A stretch of DNA of 64,000 nucleotides from Marsupella aquatica (Eukaryota > Plantae > Marchantiophyta). Of this stretch, positions 57,545-64,000 are shown in pieces (position 1 is the first letter of the stretch; every line of letters begins with the position of its first letter). The position numbers and the translations under genes are program-made. The notes beneath the pieces were generated by a model. It was not told the DNA's origin. It saw only the letters and a list, made by a program, of their open reading frames with translations, and made no database searches. The stretch is from positions 6,807,079 through 6,871,078 of the forward strand of contig OZ316898.1 in assembly GCA_973895155.1 (NCBI GenBank). Reading direction: 5' to 3'.

Positions 57545-59432
57545 AGACGAGACAGGTTTTGTATCGTAGATGGGTTTTCCAACGTGATTTTCAGACTGCC
57601 AATGGGGGCCGATATAGCGGTCAGCAAACGAGTATAGTCTGTAGCCCGAAAAGCGTTCAGCGATAGCAGCTATGGGTGCAACAGGGAAAATGACCGGGAC
57701 CTAAGAAAAACAAGCTTTTACAAGCCCGATGCCTTTTGGCAGGCACCGGTGTGGATGCTCTGTACAAACAGGAAAGCATCCCAAACTTACACTTATCTAT
57801 ATTAGATAAGTGCATGGGTATCATTTATATATGCACTTCTTCATATGTGCATGCTGCATTTTCCAATAAGTGCATTTCATTGCAAATGCACTTCCACAAG
57901 TGTCTTGTCAGGTCGAATGCATCGTACTTCTCATTCCCCAAATCTTCATAGTGCACAATTCAACTGGATAAGTATATGAAACTACCATGTGTAGTTATCT
58001 GCTGCACTTATCAATAAATGCTTCTAACATATGAGTTGCAATAATTGATTAATGCATGTGCACTGTTGTAGACAGAAATGCGTGTTTAGTGACTTTGACC
58101 TGTACTTGTAGACAGCCTATTTTTTGGCACATTTACAAAGAAAAATGCTTGAATATTATGGGACTGTACAACCTGCAGTAACCCAGGGAATGCACTCATA
58201 AATGGTGCACATATGCACACGCGGTAGACTGTACATACTAAAAGGCGCCAAGTAAGCTTTTATCTACCCAGTTTCTTTAGTTTGTGTTGTAAAAATAGGC
58301 ATTACATATGTATGAAATATGGTCATGCAAAGTAAGTGAATGAACTTTCAGACACTGTAGAAGTGCAAATGTCTATAATCAGCTTTTTTTGAGGTGAAAA
58401 TTTTCCAAATTCCATCTTGGTTAAGAGTTTTAGCCACATCCGGAAAAGGAAATGTAGCTACTGTAGGTTTTTAATATTCCATCAGCTAGTGCACCCCATC
58501 TCCCTAAAGACTCCATTAGCCAAAATGTAGTGGTGATCTTAAATGTAGGGAGACGTGATGGGTCAGTAATGAATAAGGAAACTTCTTAGTATCTTGAGTT
58601 CTCTTTCACACAAGGTGATATTGACCACCCTAGATTATAAGAAAAAACCTTAAAACTCACGTTCTCTGTCATTCTTCTGCAGCTGCAAGGCGTGATGAAT
58701 TTGTCCTTACATTTAAGACAAGATTTAGGGATGCATCGCATGTAGTAGGCCCTCAGTTTGGCCGCCCTCAATTCTCCCAAAATGGCCTGAGAAAAATCAG
58801 TGAGCAATGCATTCAAACATTCAATTAAAGGTGGCTTTCAAGAAACAGGGGTAGCTTTTAAAAACTTTTTCTCACAAAACCAAATTGGAAGGCCACTTCG
58901 TTTTTTGCCTTGAAAACCAAAAGTCGACCCATCCAACAGAGGATCAATGTTCTACTTTGGAGCATGCATCATGAGTATAGGGTAACCCACAAGGGGGCAT
59001 GATACCAAGGGATCCAACAAGGACCCATACCAGGAAGCAGAGAGGGTTGCAGCAGGGCGCCCAGAGGAGCCACCTAGAGGCAGAGGGTGAACCAGTACGT
59101 ACCCCCACCACTATACCCAACCCACACATACATGCACATACCCTCCACCGGGAGGGGGGGCTTGAACTTGGGACCTCTGACTTCTATGCTAATCCCCTGG
59201 CCAACAGACCAAAGCCAGTTGCTTGCCTCTTCTTGTTTGGTCTAGTGGTAGACTCGAGACCAAAATCTTTTGAAATAAGTTAAATAAATGTAACTCCCTT
59301 GAATAGAGGAGCCAAGCTTTTGGAGGAGGTCTAAAATTCTAGGTACTCTAAGCATTTAATTCATAGGGCCCACTACTTGCTATGTAGGTATGAAGTAGAT
59401 GGGCCTGAGCTTGTAAAGGCAACTGCAACCCT

Positions 59433-62400
59433 CACTAGGAGAATTCGAGGTGAACTGAGACCGCAATATGTGACTCATTTTGGCTCATGTGACTTCATTG
59501 TGACTCAACGTGACGTGACCCACGCTGTGACCCTTGGAGTTGCAAAAGTTGAGACCAAAAAATGGAAGTCACTATTGATACTGGGCTTTGCAACTTGCTT
59601 GATACCCATTTGTGATTGATCTGTGACTTTATTGTGGAGTCTAGCCTTGTTTCTACGTGACTGCAATATGACTTTAACGAGTCACATGGTAAGTCACATA
59701 CATGACTTACCCGCATTCAACAACGACTAGCTTGCGACCATTTAGTGTCACAAGATAGACCAATGGGGACCCTGGCCCGTGTCACACAACAGAACCATTT
59801 GGGACTCTATATACTCATGTTTATAACTAATAAGGTTCACAGGCAAGTTGTAACCATGACTAATGAACACAAAAGGACAGTTCATAAGGAGAGAGAGCAC
59901 TCCACATTTTAATACATAGAAACACTGATGTTCTAATTTTAGAAATATAACACATTGAATACAAGAAATGAACATAGCATGAATGACATCCACATGAAAC
60001 AAAGCATCATATAAGCAGATCCTACATAAAACATTCATAAAAATTAAACAGAATCATAATCTTGCTAAAAAATGAAGATCATTTGAATTTCAATGGAATA
60101 GTTTACAATGTGATCAATGTAATTCAGACAAAATAGGACCTCATAACTGATGACTACAGGATGAGATAACTGAAAGCACATGCATGATACTATGAATCTC
60201 CAAGAGGACATGATTCTTGTACTGCTTCTTGAGATCTAAAATGTACATAACATGACTCACACTACAAACAAATAATGGCATGACATTGTTATGGATCCTC
60301 TATGAACTTGCTTGGCCATAATACCAAAGAACCTGCAGCATCTCCAAGTGTCTTCTGAGGAGGATCATCATTTGTGTTTGGAATGGGAAGGACAGCTTTA
60401 GGTTTCACTAGTAATGTGACTAACACTACTGAATAACCTGGGGGAATCCTCTTGCCATGGAATGTTGTAGAACCAACCTGCACTCTGCCAAATCCTACTC
60501 GTGTTCCACTCTCATCAACAGCTAACAAGCCACTTTGTCCCTCAGCATTAGGTGCTTTCCCCACTTCCACCTTAGATCTTTCTGCCAGCACCGTTCTTGG
60601 AGGTTTGTATGAAACCTTTGACGTGGCTCTGCTCCCACCAGCAGACTTGCTTCGTGTGCGCATGCTTCCTCTCTTCACAGTAGTGAAGCTAGGCTCAGTA
60701 GGTTCCTCTGTTAGGACTGTCACAGTAGCAGGTTCCTCACCTGGGAGTGTCATACCAACTAACTCTTTGGTTGGATTTATCTCAACAAGAGGCACACCTG
60801 TCATTGAGAATGATACATTTTGCAAATCATTTATCTCTGCAATGGAGTCAAGATCTACATAGCATGAATCTGGCTCAATGGTATCATTGTCATGGTTGCT
60901 GACATCCTCATTTGCCCCAACATTGATATCATCCACTCCCTTGCCAATGTCATCCTCATCCAAACATGGTTGACTGCCCTCTGTCAAACAAGTTGCATGT
61001 ACAGACTGCAACTTTGTTGCCTCTAAATTACAGCGAGTCTTTGCCAGGTTCTCATACTTCTTCTCTGCAGCACCTGTCTTATTCTCTATGGACACAACAA
61101 CCACAATATATGTTACTGAAAATTACACATTCAACAAACAATGTCAATTCAAACTATATGTTTAATAATCATATCCCACACAGTTGTAAAGGCCTTACCT
61201 TCAAGCCTAGATGTCGTTGGCATGCTAGAAGAGTGCATCGACTTTGCCACCTCAAGTGGTGATGGTGGAACTCCTGCAGAATTGGAATCAATTTTATCTC
61301 TCACCGACACAACAGCTTCCATTAATGTCTTGAAGATCACATGGAACAAGTCAGTCAATGAATTCAAACGTTCATTGATCTCTGGAAGACATGTTTTGAC
61401 AGCCTTCAAACGACCACTTATCTCTGTAAGTGAAGATCCACCTCCCTACATGACACAGGGGTATAGGTTCAATCACTCCATATGAAATGTTGGGCAATAT
61501 ATGCACAATCAATGTTATATACAGTGTACACCTGAAATTCAATGCAGGTCATTCAATTACCAATCAGAACTCATATAACTTACATGCTTGGAGGATTCAG
61601 ATGCACCCTCTTGAGCCCGGGTGTTCACAATTTCAGCCCTCAACTCTTCTTTTGAAGGGCTTTGCCCCAATTGGGCTTTCTGCACATGCATGGCAAACAC
61701 AAGTTATCATTATTATTCAGGGAACGTACACTAAAAAACAAGAAATTAAAGATGAGTTCGGAAAGCATCTTAGGGTCGGGGACATCACTGCAACACCGGG
61801 ACTTAGGATATGACTTGTTCTTAATCTGTTGATAGCATTCGGCAGGCCGGCAACCCATGGCAAAAGGGCACAGCAGCAATAACAATTTGAATCTGACGGA
61901 TGAAGCTCCAGGCAAATGAGCTCCAGGCGATTGGGTGCATGATTGAGCAAGCGATTGTAACAGCAGGCACCAGATGATTGAAGGAAGCAACATTCGGCAA
62001 TGGACCTCGGCAGCTCACAAATTTTGCTCAGCAGCGATGTCACCTAGACCCTAAACACGCAATGCATACATCTCCTAGACAACTATACTTGCAGCCACGA
62101 GGTGAGTCCGCGTCGATAGGGGATTGCAGCCTTACCTGTGCCGATGTAGCACCAAGCCGCCCTAACTGAAGCTGTGTAGCAATCCGCAGCAATCGCTCAA
62201 TGCAAAACAAGTCCCCGGTTGGCCTTGCAGCCCGATCATCCACCTTCAACCCTGCCACCAAGCAATGAGCTCTCCGCTATTGCTCACCCTAAACCTTCAA
62301 CACTCCCGCAAAGTTGTGTCTTCCCGCAAGATTGGGTGCGTGATTGATTCGGCGATTGTAACAGCAGGCAGCCGCAATCGGTCGCAGGTCATGGATACAC

Positions 62401-64000
62401 AAGCTCCAATGTGCTCCCTTTAGCTCAAACAATACCAGTTGTCGCTCACCACCAACACTTTCAGCAACAACACATATTTGTTGTAGTCCGCAACTTAAAC
62501 CTTAGCCATGGGGTGGTCAATCAAGTTCCGCAATGCCTAAAACACCGACCACCTGACTTACATGAAATGTGCACACAGCTAAGCTCACCTGCAGCTCACG
62601 CCAACCACATTGGGACAACTGAAGTGAATACTGCCATAGCTGAACTCAACTCCTCGCGACTCTTTCGCGCCTCTGTAGACTGCCTTACTCATAGTGCCCA
62701 ACGCAAAAAAAGGCCCGGTCAATGTTGCAGCCACGATGATCCACCTCACGCTAGATAGTTGGCCTTCAAGATCACTCCCCACTTTCTTGCAGCTCCCGGC
62801 CCTCCACAACTCCTCGTCCATGGCAGTGCTGCAAATCAATAAGCTCTTGGTTGTAGCTCCTCAGTTGTCGGTCACAGCTGCAACAACAGAAGCTCGTAAC
62901 CTTACGATGGAAACCCGAAAAAAGCACCTTCCCGCTTGCCAAAGAGCGACACTGTCAACACTCAACGAACGACACTTTGACTCAGTTTCTCCGAATAGTT
63001 TTGGAAACAATTCGTAGACTGAGAACGAGGAATAGGGTTGTGGTATGCATTGGACAAGAAGTCAGTGAGTGAGGTAGTCGACTCTCGGCCACAAAGAGCA
63101 GAAGACAAATCAGACGAGCATGAAGACCCCGACAACAATGACATATCCAGACGACGAGCAGGGACTTACGCAATAAAGTCTAGCCTTGATCAAGCACTGC
63201 TGCTGCACCTGCCTGCCATCACCATCTCTCAAGCGGGAGTGAAGTCCGTAAAGCTCCTCGCACAAAACCCTTCACAAAACCTTCAGGCACGATGAATGTC
63301 CCTGGCCGTAAGCACAATGGACAAGCTAGTTTTTCCCTAAACCGAGTTCCCGCGCACATTCAACTCAAGTTTGCACTCTGCTGCCGTGTTAAACAAAACC
63401 CGCGCACCCTAAACTTGTGTCCAAAGGCACACTCACGCACATTTAAGTGGAGACACTAGTTCACAAAAGAGACACAAAAGTCTATGATTTGCCTAATTAG
63501 TTTTTTTCCTTTGAAACCAAAGGACTTACGCAATAGTTATATGTGGGGTGAGTGGTTAGTCACAACTTTGAACCACCCCCTTTGGTGAAAATGTGGCCAA
63601 ATAGTCAGGTATATATGACCCCACATTACCATTATGATAAGTACACTTTTTTAGGGTTGGGGTAGTGAAGAGCTGATCATATATATTTAAGTTTGACATT
63701 TAAGTTGGACTTATATTGAACATGAACCATGCATTGGTTGTCATATATGAAGGGGGCATGGGAAACATGAAGGTTTATGGGGCATGGCAATAAGTAAACC
63801 CAACCTAATAGTAATTGGGTGATAATTAAGCACGCCTTTGGCACGACCAGAAGACGGCGATAGAAAAATTAGAGATTGACTACAAAAAGCATTAAGTTAG
63901 GTTAGCAAGCTTTGACAAATCCTTTTTGCAGTTGAATGGGGCTGGGGCGCGCTTCATGGTGTCTAAATGGGGGCAGGAATAATGATGGAATACTCAGTAA
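59433..64000 (-). mobile_element. CACTA (En/Spm) element; one terminus at 59433, the other not seen in the window
   Basis: CACTAGGAGAA at 59433 is followed by dense gtgac(t) subterminal repeats to ~59750. It interrupts a repeat whose uninterrupted copy is at ~52930-52970 (gccaactgcaaccct|ctgcac). It contains a TnpA-like ORF. The right boundary is set to the window end only by default. Confidence 0.65.
60289..61679 (-). CDS. CACTA TnpA/Tnp1-like accessory protein, 3' exons
   Basis: Frame-consistent exons 61679-61584, 61445-61199 and 61085-60289. The C-terminus VGFGRV...[14 protein letters not shown].....AVLPIP......[12 protein letters not shown] is the characteristic En/Spm Tnp1-like C-terminal domain. 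Upstream exons are not resolved. Confidence 0.65.

Noticed and set aside
60452-60862. 136-aa plus-strand ORF
   Set aside because: It is the antisense shadow of the TnpA-like exon.

Overview
This is eukaryotic plant nuclear DNA. A bryophyte or liverwort-like source is my inference from the compact GT-AG genes and the TE types; the sequence does not prove it. Five intron-containing host genes can be modelled: a SRC2-like C2-domain protein (10102-11893, +), thylakoid-lumen FKBP17-1 (14997-17066, +), an uncharacterised probably plastid-targeted helical protein (18297-20514, -), LIP5/VTA1 (35849-38922, +) and a MATE/DTX transporter (42545-46973, -). A decayed partial copy of the MATE gene lies about 11 kb away (55863-57544). 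The intergenic space holds nested transposon relics: a 2.7-kb Harbinger/PHIS-type element with ATT TSD (Myb-like pseudogene, solo LTR, LRR-like fragment), a 204-bp TTAA-flanked MITE, Helitron-like ends with tandem arrays, a 3-kb non-coding TIR element with 8-bp TSD, a LINE 3' remnant, and the left end of a CACTA element with a spliced TnpA-like ORF. A homogeneous 7 x 49-bp hairpin-forming array sits upstream of the C2 gene. I found no CRISPR array, rRNA or intact tRNA. I cannot demonstrate a new biological system. The best leads are the 49-bp array, the unusual TE termini/TSDs, and the exon-start duplication in the C2 gene. All family assignments come from recalled motifs, not database searches.
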